Assembly: GCA_964641825.1 (NCBI GenBank)
Contig: CAZXKZ010000001.1
Location: 1 to 45,654, forward strand
Length of the DNA: 45,654 nt
Direction: 5' to 3'
From: an uncultured Bauldia sp.
GTDB taxonomy: Bacteria > Pseudomonadota > Alphaproteobacteria > Rhizobiales > Kaistiaceae
Of the stretch, positions 34,178 through 41,278 are shown piece after piece. The first letter of the stretch is position 1, and each line of letters opens with the position of its first letter. The position numbers were made by a program, and so were the translations under genes. The notes under the pieces were generated by a model that worked only from the letters and a program-made list of their open reading frames with translations, was not told where the DNA came from and did not search any database.

Positions 34178-34753
34178 TCAGGCGTAATTCCAGACAGGAT
34201 CGATTCGGAGCGGATTGGCGATGGGGCCGTTGCGCTCAGAGGGCTCGATGTAGGCCAGGCCGAGAGCGGCGAAGATGTCGTGCTCTTCTGGGGTGGCCAG
34301 AAGACGGCCGGATTCGTAGAGGCGGCCGTCGCGGGGCTGGATGGTGTTGGGCGCGGCGCCGCCGGCGGCCTGGGAGGTGACGAGCCAGCGGGAGAACTCC
34401 CAGGAGCCGGTGCGGATGGTGAAGATGCTGCCCCAGGTCTCGGCCGTGGGCAGAAAGAGATCGACCGTATGGCGGCCGTAGGCGAACTGCTGGTAGCGCT
34501 CGCCGCGCCTGGTGAAGGTGATGCCCTTGCTGTCGAGGAAGACATCGAGCGGGGTCTTTCCTTTGACGGGCGCGCCGAAGAGATCGGTCGGCCGGATCGG
34601 GATGGCGACGATCTCGATGTCGCCGACCAGGGGCCGCTCGCGGCGGAGGCTGCCGGCGATCTCGATGCGGAGGCAGTGCGGCCGGAGGGCGGCGACGAGG
34701 CGTTCGGCGACGGGCAGGACGACAGAGAGAGGCTGCTTGGTTGCGGTGCTCAT
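34178..34753 (-). CDS. minimal family X DNA polymerase / Pol-beta-like nucleotidyltransferase (191 aa)
   Basis: IAGSLRRERPLVGDIEIV (GSxRRxxxxxxDxE), VDLF...IRTGSWEFSRWL (TGS motif), and C-terminal IFAALGLAYIEPSERN. Confidence 0.7.
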   Translation of the reverse strand: MSTATKQPLSVVLPVAERLVAALRPHCLRIEIAGSLRRERPLVGDIEIVAIPIRPTDLFGAPVKGKTPLDVFLDSKGITFTRRGERYQQFAYGRHTVDLFLPTAETWGSIFTIRTGSWEFSRWLVTSQAAGGAAPNTIQPRDGRLYESGRLLATPEEHDIFAALGLAYIEPSERNGPIANPLRIDPVWNYA

Positions 34754-35325
34754 GACGGGTTCTCCGGGCCGACGGTGAGGTCGAGGGTGAGGGTGAGGCG
34801 GATGGCGCCGCGGCCGTCGAGCCGGTCGAGGTTGGCGATGAGGTCGCTGAGCTGGCGCAGGGCGTCCGGGCCGGCGGCCGGGGGGGCCGGGCGGTCGCGG
34901 TAGCGGGCGGCGGTGGTGGCGCCGCGGGGGCGGATGGGCAGGCCGGCCTGGGCGAAGTAGCGCGAGAGGGTGGCCGAGCTGGTGTTGTGGCGGCGGGCCA
35001 GCTCGGCAAGGGAGAGTTCTTCCTCGACGTATTGCCGGTGGAGGGCGAGGAGCTGATCCTCGGTGAAGAGTTTCCTGGGCATGGCGGTGAGCTGCTCCTG
35101 AATATGGCGCCGGATGTAGTCCGGCTCGAGGCCGAGGCCGTCGCAGTCATCCTCGAAGTTGCGGGACCGGAAGTAGGTCATGGCGTCGAGCACCTGGGGG
35201 TAGGAGCCGTAGAGGACGTCGCGGGCGGCGCGGCGGATGACGGCGCGGATGAGGCGCTGCTCCGGCGAGAGGGCGCACGCGCGGGCGCTCAGAGTGAGAG
35301 ACGGGTCGCCGGGGTGGGGGATCAT
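34750..35325 (-). CDS. HTH-containing hypothetical protein
   Basis: ATGA overlap with the upstream gene. LSLAELARRHNTSSATLSRYFAQAG is HTH-like. Confidence 0.5.
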   Translation of the reverse strand: MIPHPGDPSLTLSARACALSPEQRLIRAVIRRAARDVLYGSYPQVLDAMTYFRSRNFEDDCDGLGLEPDYIRRHIQEQLTAMPRKLFTEDQLLALHRQYVEEELSLAELARRHNTSSATLSRYFAQAGLPIRPRGATTAARYRDRPAPPAAGPDALRQLSDLIANLDRLDGRGAIRLTLTLDLTVGPENPS

Positions 35326-36602
35326 CGGCGCACCTCGTGCAGCGCGGCCGCGGGTTCGGCGCGGACGGCGTAGGTGACGGGGAGGGGGCGGCCGGCGATG
35401 GCGTCGACGGTGCGCTGGATGATGGGGTGGAGGCGGTTGGCGAGCCAGTCGACGGCGTGGTCGTTGGCGACGTGGACGGTGAGGCCGTCGGGCCGGGCGG
35501 CGGCGGTGGAGCCGCGGAGCCACGAGGCGAAGGTGGCGCGGGTCATCTGCATCTCCAGTTCGGCCAGGGCGGCGGGCCAGTGGGGCCAGGGGTCAATGGG
35601 CAGCGGCGGGCGCTCGGCGGCCGGGGGCGGCGCGGCCGTTGGCGGGTCGGGCGGCGGGATGACGCGGGTGGGCATGAGCTCGGGCGGGCCGAGTTCGCCG
35701 CCGGCGGCGGCGTAGACGGCGGCGGCGGTGGCCAGGGGCAGGCTGGGGAATTCGTCGTCGTCGAGGCGGTCGGCGGTGGGGTAGCCGGCCTGGGCGAAGT
35801 CGAGGACCCATTCGAGGCGGCCGAGGAGACGGCCGCGGGCCGAGTCGTCGAGGGCGAGCCAGCCGCGGGCGAGGGCGAGGAGGTCGACGCGCGGGCGCTT
35901 GCCGCTGCGCCACTGGGCGCGGACGAGGCCGACGGGGTTGTGGATGCGGGAGCCGCTCTCGGCCGATTTGAGTTTGACCCAGTAGGCCCAGGCGAGGAGG
36001 GTGGGCGGGTCGAGGGTCGTGCGCTCTTTGGGGGTGAGGGCGTCGTCGAATTCGATCCAGTCGAGGATGGGCGCGAGGGGATCGGCAGCAGCAACAGCAG
36101 CAGGGGCGGAGGCGGCCGGGGGTGCTGGTGCTGTTGGGGGTTCCTCTTTGGGTTCTGTTGATGGTTCTATGGGGGTTCTGGGTGATCGTGGATCACCATT
36201 AGGGTGATCCACGATCACCATTGATGGTGCATGTGGATCACCATTGTGGTGATCGTGGTTCACCACGGCGGCCGGTTGTGGTGATCGTGGTTCACCATTG
36301 GACTCGGCGGCAACGGCCGCGAGCATGGCTTGTTGGTTGACCCAGAAGGCGTTGCTGGCGTGGAGGCCTCCGACTTTGTAGCGGGATTCGCGTCGGATAA
36401 AGCCTTCGCGTTCCAGCTCGGCGACGGTATTGATGACGGTGCGGCGGTTCATGCCGCACCGTTTGGCGATCGTCTCGTAGGTTGGCCAGCAGTATCCGTC
36501 GCGGTCGTTGGCCTGGTCGGCCAGCGACAGGAGTACCAGCTTCTTGAGCGGCTTGCCCTGAAAGTTGATCTTCCAGGCGATTGAAAACAGTTCTATGCTC
36601 AT
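35322..36602 (-). CDS. replication initiator/organiser (N-terminal winged-helix HTH, C-terminal DnaA_N-like segment)
   Basis: N-terminus LLSLADQANDRDGYCWPTYETIAKRCGMNRRTVINTVAELEREGFI. C-terminus TRATFASWLRG...LTVHVANDHAVDWLANRLHPIIQRTV. Iterons lie inside the gene. Confidence 0.6.
   Translation of the reverse strand: MSIELFSIAWKINFQGKPLKKLVLLSLADQANDRDGYCWPTYETIAKRCGMNRRTVINTVAELEREGFIRRESRYKVGGLHASNAFWVNQQAMLAAVAAESNGEPRSPQPAAVVNHDHHNGDPHAPSMVIVDHPNGDPRSPRTPIEPSTEPKEEPPTAPAPPAASAPAAVAAADPLAPILDWIEFDDALTPKERTTLDPPTLLAWAYWVKLKSAESGSRIHNPVGLVRAQWRSGKRPRVDLLALARGWLALDDSARGRLLGRLEWVLDFAQAGYPTADRLDDDEFPSLPLATAAAVYAAAGGELGPPELMPTRVIPPPDPPTAAPPPAAERPPLPIDPWPHWPAALAELEMQMTRATFASWLRGSTAAARPDGLTVHVANDHAVDWLANRLHPIIQRTVDAIAGRPLPVTYAVRAEPAAALHEVRR
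36181..36299. repeat. five iterons of about 20 bp (GGTGATCGTGGWTCACCATT), candidate ori, containing 7 GATC sites
   Basis: Copies at 36181-36200, 36203-36222, 36226-36245, 36248-36267 and 36280-36299. Each has an internal 7-3-7 palindrome GGTGATC nnn GATCACC. Confidence 0.8.
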
Positions 36603-36754
36603 CGCTCACTCGCTACCAGTAAACTAGTCCCTGAAATCACCCCATTCTCACCCTACCCTGTCGGGGTGAGTGGTGATATGCTCACGCGGCCGATTCGACC
36701 GCAACGGGTCGGCTATCGGTCGCCCTGGCCGGTATAGAAAAACGAGAGAACCAA

Positions 36755-37672
36755 ATGAACCTGACTGAAGCCGTGGAGGCGTTTCTGGCGGCGCAGGCGG
36801 GAGAGGTCGCTGTGTCTACGCGGCGGTGGTATGGCCGCCGTCTGTCGGCATTCTGCGAGTTCGTCGGACCGATAGCGCTCGATGACGTGGCCGTGGGGTC
36901 GATCCGCGCGTTTCGCGCCCACCTGGTGGAGCGCGAGTTGAGCGGGCACTACATTCACGGCTGCCAGCGGGCGTTGCGCCGGCTGTTCGCGTGGCTGGTC
37001 GACGAAGGGCTGGCGACTCGCAACGTGGCCAAGGACGTGCCGCTGGTGCGACTTCCCCCGCAAGCCCCAAAGGCCCTGAGTGATGACGATTTGGGACGCC
37101 TGTTGGCGCGCCTGCCGTATGAGGACGTGAGGGACCGGGCGATTATCCTGCTGCTGGCCGACACGGGTTGCCGGGTCGGCGGGCTGTGCAGCCTGACGCT
37201 GGAGTCATTGGACCTGCCGAACCGGTGTGCCGTGGTCATCGAGAAGGGCCGGCGCGGCCGTCGGGTCTACTTCAACGATCTCACGGCCGAGACGATCGCG
37301 CTGTATCTGGCGGTCCGGCCGGAGAGCGAGGCCCCTGCCCTGTTCCTGTCGCGCTCGGGGTCGCCGCTGACGACCAACGGGGTGCGGCTGATGCTGGAGC
37401 GGGTGGGCAAGCGGGCGGGGGTGAAGGGGCGGTGTAACGCGCACTCTTTCCGACACGCCTTTGCCCGGTCGTTCCTGCGCAACGGCGGCAACCTGGCGGC
37501 TCTGGGCCGGCTGCTGGGCCACGCGCCGGGGTCGGCCGTGACGGCTCGCTATTATGCGGTGTGGGATGACCGGGAGCTGCAGGAGTACCACCAACGGTTC
37601 AGCCCGCTGGCGAATGTGAACGGCCGAGCGGGGGACAACCAGTCCCCGGCTCATGAGAGCAAGGGGCTATAG
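36755..37672 (+). CDS. int: tyrosine recombinase / phage integrase (XerC/D-like)
   Basis: ADTGCRVGG (Arg), HSFRHAFAR (H-x-x-R) and LLGH...TARYY (His, Tyr nucleophile). Confidence 0.9.
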   Translation: MNLTEAVEAFLAAQAGEVAVSTRRWYGRRLSAFCEFVGPIALDDVAVGSIRAFRAHLVERELSGHYIHGCQRALRRLFAWLVDEGLATRNVAKDVPLVRLPPQAPKALSDDDLGRLLARLPYEDVRDRAIILLLADTGCRVGGLCSLTLESLDLPNRCAVVIEKGRRGRRVYFNDLTAETIALYLAVRPESEAPALFLSRSGSPLTTNGVRLMLERVGKRAGVKGRCNAHSFRHAFARSFLRNGGNLAALGRLLGHAPGSAVTARYYAVWDDRELQEYHQRFSPLANVNGRAGDNQSPAHESKGL

Positions 37673-37685
37673 AACAGTCGTTCTA

Positions 37686-37741
37686 GTGGCGATGGGACTC
37701 ATAAGCCCTAGGTCGATGGTTCAAATCCATCTGGCGCCACA
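37686..37741 (+). other. tRNA-Met-like 3-prime fragment (anticodon-loop CTCATAA, T-arm gatggttcaaatccatc, acceptor tggcgcca); attP core candidate
   Basis: Read directly. The 5-prime half needed for a cloverleaf is absent. Confidence 0.5.
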
Positions 37742-37768
37742 GGTTCGATGAGCCGGGGACACGTGGAT

Positions 37769-37810
37769 CGGGATGGTCTGTCCCGCGGGGTTCGATTCCC
37801 CGACCACGGC
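37769..37810 (+). other. second tRNA/tmRNA-like 3-prime fragment (stem-loop cgggatggtctgtcccg, T-arm cggggttcgattccccg, accacggc)
   Basis: Read directly. It has a canonical GTTCGATTCC T-loop but no upstream cloverleaf. Confidence 0.35.
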
Positions 37811-37942
37811 TTGACCGCCAAACGGCCGAGTGGTTTGACTCTCGTTTTTCTATTCGGCTGTAAAGGTGCGTCAATTTGGCAGGATCGTTGTTTCTTGCGG
37901 GATAGCGATCCTGCCGCTTATCTCTCATGATGAGAGCCGGTA

Positions 37943-38149
37943 TCAGTTTGTATCGGGACGGACTTTTCTCTCGCGCTCAAACTCTTCCACGTCGGAAGCC
38001 GGCACGCGGATGGGACTTTTACGGCCCGGGCCGACCCTATACGCGTTCGGAAATGCGCCCTCCGCGATCCATTTCCGAACGGCCCGGCCGCTAACTTGCC
38101 ATCGAGCGGCAAGTTCGTCAACAGTATAGAACTGTTCCATCTGTGCCAT
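37943..38149 (-). CDS. xis: excisionase-family (MerR-like HTH) DNA-binding protein
   Basis: YTVDELAARWQVSGRAVRKWIAEGAFPNAYRVG...IRVPASDVEEF. Lies adjacent to int and attP. Confidence 0.65.
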   Translation of the reverse strand: MAQMEQFYTVDELAARWQVSGRAVRKWIAEGAFPNAYRVGPGRKSPIRVPASDVEEFERERKVRPDTN

Positions 38150-38232
38150 ACGAGCAATATTAATCGATTCGAGCAAATGTGTCAATCACCTGATGGGGTG
38201 AATTCGGGGTGAAATGGTGATTAGTCTGTATG

Positions 38233-38261
38233 TTACCGGATTGGAACGGGTGTGCTATACT
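38233..38261 (+). promoter_or_regulatory. candidate promoter TTACCG-N17-TATACT
   Basis: Direct reading, about 135 nt upstream of the LTD gene. Confidence 0.35.
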
Positions 38262-38296
38262 GAGAGCGGTTCTTCGGTTTTCTATCTGCGGAAGTG

Positions 38297-38336
38297 AACG
38301 GCCGAGCGGCGCAAGCTGCCCGGCCGTTTGCGTTTG
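38297..38336 (+). terminator. leader hairpin (GCAA-tetraloop extended stem) followed by tttgcgttt
   Basis: aacggccg...cggccgtt forms the outer stem. The same TTTGCGTTT tract follows the hairpin at 31570-31580 (minus strand). Confidence 0.4.
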
Positions 38337-38398
38337 GTAGGGAGGTTGTGGGTCCGTCATTTCGATCGGCTTGTCGGTTTTGATTTATGGAGGTCGAG

Positions 38399-39259
38399 AT
38401 GACAATAGGGTCGCGTATTCGTGAGTGGTGGGTGAGCCGGTGGCGTGGAGCGGGCAAGCTGGGCAAGGGGGCCATGCTGATCGTGCCGCTGCTGCTGGGC
38501 TGCTGCTCGCTGACGATGTTGACGGCGGTGTTGGCTCCGGAGCCGGAGCCGACGCGGGCAGCCACGCCGGTTGTGCTCGTGACGCGGACGGCCGCCGGGG
38601 CAACGTCTGCGGCGGTCGATGCTACGGCTACGGAGTTGCCGGTGCGCGCGCCGGCCACGGCCACAGAGAACGCGGATGCAGGCGCACGGGTGGTGGAGCC
38701 TGCGGACATCCCGACACGGGAAAGAACGGCGACGCCCAGGGCAACGGCGGAACCGTCGAGCACGCCGCGGCCGACGGAGACGGCGACGAGCCGGCCGGTG
38801 GTGGCGGCGACGGCCGTGGCAGCCACGGTGGCCGCGGCGCAACCGACCGCGGCGCCGGCCACGTCGACAAGCGCGCCGGCGACAGCTCTTCCACCGACGG
38901 CTATCCCGCCGACGGCCGCGCCGACGCAGCCGCCGTTGCCGACGGCGACGCTGCCGTCGGCAACGGGGTCGCTGGTGATCGTCGGGGTGGACAAGCGGGC
39001 GGAGGTGGTGACGATCCGCAACGACGGCGGGGCGGAGGTGAACCTGGGGGGCTGGGTGTTGCGCTCGGAGCGGGGGAGCCAGGATTGTGCGCTGGGCGGG
39101 GTGATCGGGCCGGGGCAGGTGTTGCAGATCTGGGCGATGGCCGAGGACGCGGGCCAGGGCGGGTTCAATTGCGGGTTCGGCTCGAACATCTGGAATAATG
39201 ATGAGCCGGACGCGGCGATTCTGATCGATCCCAGCGGGGCGGTGGTGTCGCGGTGGTGA
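38399..39259 (+). CDS. lipoprotein-like signal + Pro/Thr/Ala-rich linker + lamin-tail domain (LTD) protein
   Basis: Basic N-region, then AMLIVPLLLGC (lipobox-like LLGC). C-terminus VVTIRNDGGAEVNLGGWVLRSERG...GQVLQIW...NNDEPDAAILIDPSGAVV is LTD-like. GGAGG lies 5 nt before the ATG. Confidence 0.6.
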   Translation: MTIGSRIREWWVSRWRGAGKLGKGAMLIVPLLLGCCSLTMLTAVLAPEPEPTRAATPVVLVTRTAAGATSAAVDATATELPVRAPATATENADAGARVVEPADIPTRERTATPRATAEPSSTPRPTETATSRPVVAATAVAATVAAAQPTAAPATSTSAPATALPPTAIPPTAAPTQPPLPTATLPSATGSLVIVGVDKRAEVVTIRNDGGAEVNLGGWVLRSERGSQDCALGGVIGPGQVLQIWAMAEDAGQGGFNCGFGSNIWNNDEPDAAILIDPSGAVVSRW

Positions 39260-39282
39260 GATGTTGAAGGAGATAGGGTCTT

Positions 39283-40920
39283 ATGAGATCACCGAGTTTG
39301 GAAAATACGTTGTTCTATGGGGATAACCTGCCGATTTTGCGGGAGTACATCCCGGATGAGAGCGTGGATTTGATCTACCTGGACCCGCCGTTTAACTCGA
39401 ACCGGACGTATAACGTGCTCTTCAAGCAGGAGAGCGGGGCCGATAGCGAGGCGCAGATCGCGGCGTTTGAGGATACGTGGCACTGGAACCGGGCGGCCGA
39501 GGAGACGTATCACGAGCTGGGGACGGGGCTGCCGCACGTGGGGAGTATGATCAGCGCGCTGCGGAGTTTCCTGGGCGAGAACCAGATGATGGCTTATCTG
39601 GTGATGATGGCGGCGCGCCTGGTGGAGCTGCACCGGGTGTTGCGGCCGACGGGGAGCCTATACCTGCACTGCGACCCGACGGCGAGTCATTATCTGAAGA
39701 TCGTGCTCGACACGGTGTTTGGGCCGCAGAACTTTCGAGCCGAGATCGTGTGGAAGCGGTCGTCGGCCCATAGCGACGCCAAGCAGGGGGCCAAGCAACC
39801 CGGGCGGATTCATGATGTCATTCTCTTTTACTCAAAGACGAAGGATTGGGTTTGGAATACGGTCTATACAGCTTATGACCCAGATTATGTTGCCTCGAAT
39901 TACCGCCACGTGGATGAAGAAACAGGCCGACTATTTAAATCGACAGATCTGACAGCCGCGAAGCCAGGCGGGGACACATCCTATGAGTGGAAGGGGCGAC
40001 GGCCAACGGAGGGACGCTATTGGGCGTATTCGAGAGAGAACATGCAGAAGTTCGAGGACGAGGGCAGGCTGTATTACACTTCGTCGGGATTGCCCCGACT
40101 AAAGCAATACCTTGACGAGATGGACGGCATCCCTTTGCAGGATTTGTGGACCGACATTTCACCTATCAGTGCTCATGCGGCCGAACGCGTCGGCTACCCG
40201 ACGCAGAAGCCGCTGGCGCTGCTGGAGCGGATCATTCAGGCGAGCAGCAACCCCGGCGACGTGGTACTGGACCCGTTCTGCGGCTGTGGGACGACGATTG
40301 CGGCGGCCGAGAAGCTGGGGCGGCGGTGGATCGGGATCGACATCACGCACCTGTCGATCGCGCTGCTGAAATACCGGCTGAACCAGATGTTCCCGGAAGC
40401 GGCGAAGACGATTGAGGGGGCGCGGCAACTGGCGAGCGAGGACCGGTTCCAGTTCCAGTGGTGGGCGCTGTCGCTGATTCAGGCGCGGCCGTTGGGCGGG
40501 GATGGGGCGAGCAAGCAAGGGAAGAAGGGAGCGGACAAGGGTATCGACGGGATCATCAACTTCATCGACGACCATACGGGGAAGGTGAAGCGGGCGATTG
40601 TGCAGGTGAAGAGCGGGAAGGTGAGTAGCCGGGATATTCGCGACCTGGTGGGGACGGTGAACCGGGAGGGAGCGGCTATCGGCATCTTCCTGACGCTGGA
40701 GGAGGCGACGCGAGAGATGGCGAAGGAGGCGGCCACGGCCGGGTTCTATCACTCGCCGGGGTGGAACCGGGATTATCCGCGGGTGCAGGTGCTGACGGTG
40801 GCCGGGCTGCTGAGCGGGGTAGAACGGGCGGAGCTGCCGCCGGCGGAGTATACGACGTTCAAGGCGGCGCGGCGGGTGAAGGGGGAGGATGGGCCGGAGC
40901 AGGGGAGTTTGTTTGGGTAG
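39283..40920 (+). CDS. beta-class N4/N6 DNA methyltransferase fused to a C-terminal Mrr_cat-like restriction endonuclease domain
   Basis: IYLDPPFNS (motif IV), YPTQKP, LDPFCGCGTT (motif I). Then ADKGIDGIINF...AIVQVKSGKV...AAIGIFLT (PD-(D/E)xK, Mrr-type). Confidence 0.85.
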   Translation: MRSPSLENTLFYGDNLPILREYIPDESVDLIYLDPPFNSNRTYNVLFKQESGADSEAQIAAFEDTWHWNRAAEETYHELGTGLPHVGSMISALRSFLGENQMMAYLVMMAARLVELHRVLRPTGSLYLHCDPTASHYLKIVLDTVFGPQNFRAEIVWKRSSAHSDAKQGAKQPGRIHDVILFYSKTKDWVWNTVYTAYDPDYVASNYRHVDEETGRLFKSTDLTAAKPGGDTSYEWKGRRPTEGRYWAYSRENMQKFEDEGRLYYTSSGLPRLKQYLDEMDGIPLQDLWTDISPISAHAAERVGYPTQKPLALLERIIQASSNPGDVVLDPFCGCGTTIAAAEKLGRRWIGIDITHLSIALLKYRLNQMFPEAAKTIEGARQLASEDRFQFQWWALSLIQARPLGGDGASKQGKKGADKGIDGIINFIDDHTGKVKRAIVQVKSGKVSSRDIRDLVGTVNREGAAIGIFLTLEEATREMAKEAATAGFYHSPGWNRDYPRVQVLTVAGLLSGVERAELPPAEYTTFKAARRVKGEDGPEQGSLFG

Positions 40921-40994
40921 TTTGTTGGCGCGCAAACAGTTGTGAAAGTTTGAGGAGGGTTGACGCGGCGCCGGCGGCGATCTATGCTGGAGAC

Positions 40995-41112
40995 GTCATA
41001 GCTACTCCTTCGTGGCCCCGCCTCCTGGGCCGCGGCCCCGCCAGGGGCGAGATGATTGGATGCGACCAATACACACGACGAAAAAGCCCCCGAGCGCGAC
41101 CGGGGGCTTTTT
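40995..41112 (+). ncRNA. candidate small RNA (promoter TTGACG-N17-TATGCT at 40960-40988 to the terminator at 41085-41112; no credible ORF)
   Basis: Promoter-like and terminator elements bracket about 115 nt of GC-rich, hairpin-prone sequence in a convergent intergenic region. Confidence 0.25.
41081..41112. terminator. bidirectional intrinsic terminator (agcccccg / cgggggct stem flanked by A5 and T5)
   Basis: aaaaagcccccgagcgcgaccgggggcttttt read directly, between convergent genes. Confidence 0.75.
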
Positions 41113-41128
41113 CGTTGGTGTTTTTCGG

Positions 41129-41278
41129 TCATAGCTGCTGGTCTGAAGGTGGGGGCGCGGCCGGCGGCTGCTTGTTGCGTCTGACCAGCCAGACGACAAG
41201 GGCGATTGCCAGGACGGGCACAAGCAGGCACAACAAACCGCCGATCGATAAGAGTTCAGGCCATCCGATTGGACCCAT
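41129..41278 (-). CDS. 49-aa single-TM peptide with a basic, Pro-rich tail
   Basis: The ATG at 41278 is preceded by AGGAGGAACCTCATC. LLSIGGLLCLLVPVLAIALVVWLV forms the TM segment. Confidence 0.5.
   Translation of the reverse strand: MGPIGWPELLSIGGLLCLLVPVLAIALVVWLVRRNKQPPAAPPPSDQQL

Noticed and set aside
34037-35150. Plus- and minus-strand alternative ORFs (34037-34903 +, 34236-35150 -, 34087-34545 -) over the Pol X and HTH genes
   Set aside because: Their products are G/A/R/P low-complexity. The Pol X frame carries specific catalytic motifs and start/stop coupling with its neighbours.
36181-36299. CRISPR-like array
   Set aside because: The repeats are about 20 bp with only 2-12 bp between them, they lie inside a coding sequence, and each is palindromic. 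They are iterons, not repeat-spacer units. No cas genes are present.
37663-37741. Possible complete tRNA-Met gene overlapping the integrase stop
   Set aside because: The acceptor could pair ggggcta with tggcgcc with one G-G mismatch. But the D-arm would be a 4-bp stem with a 4-nt loop lacking GG. Eight extra nucleotides separate it from the anticodon stem, and the anticodon stem has two mismatches. The best reading is a 3-prime fragment plus an unrelated hairpin.
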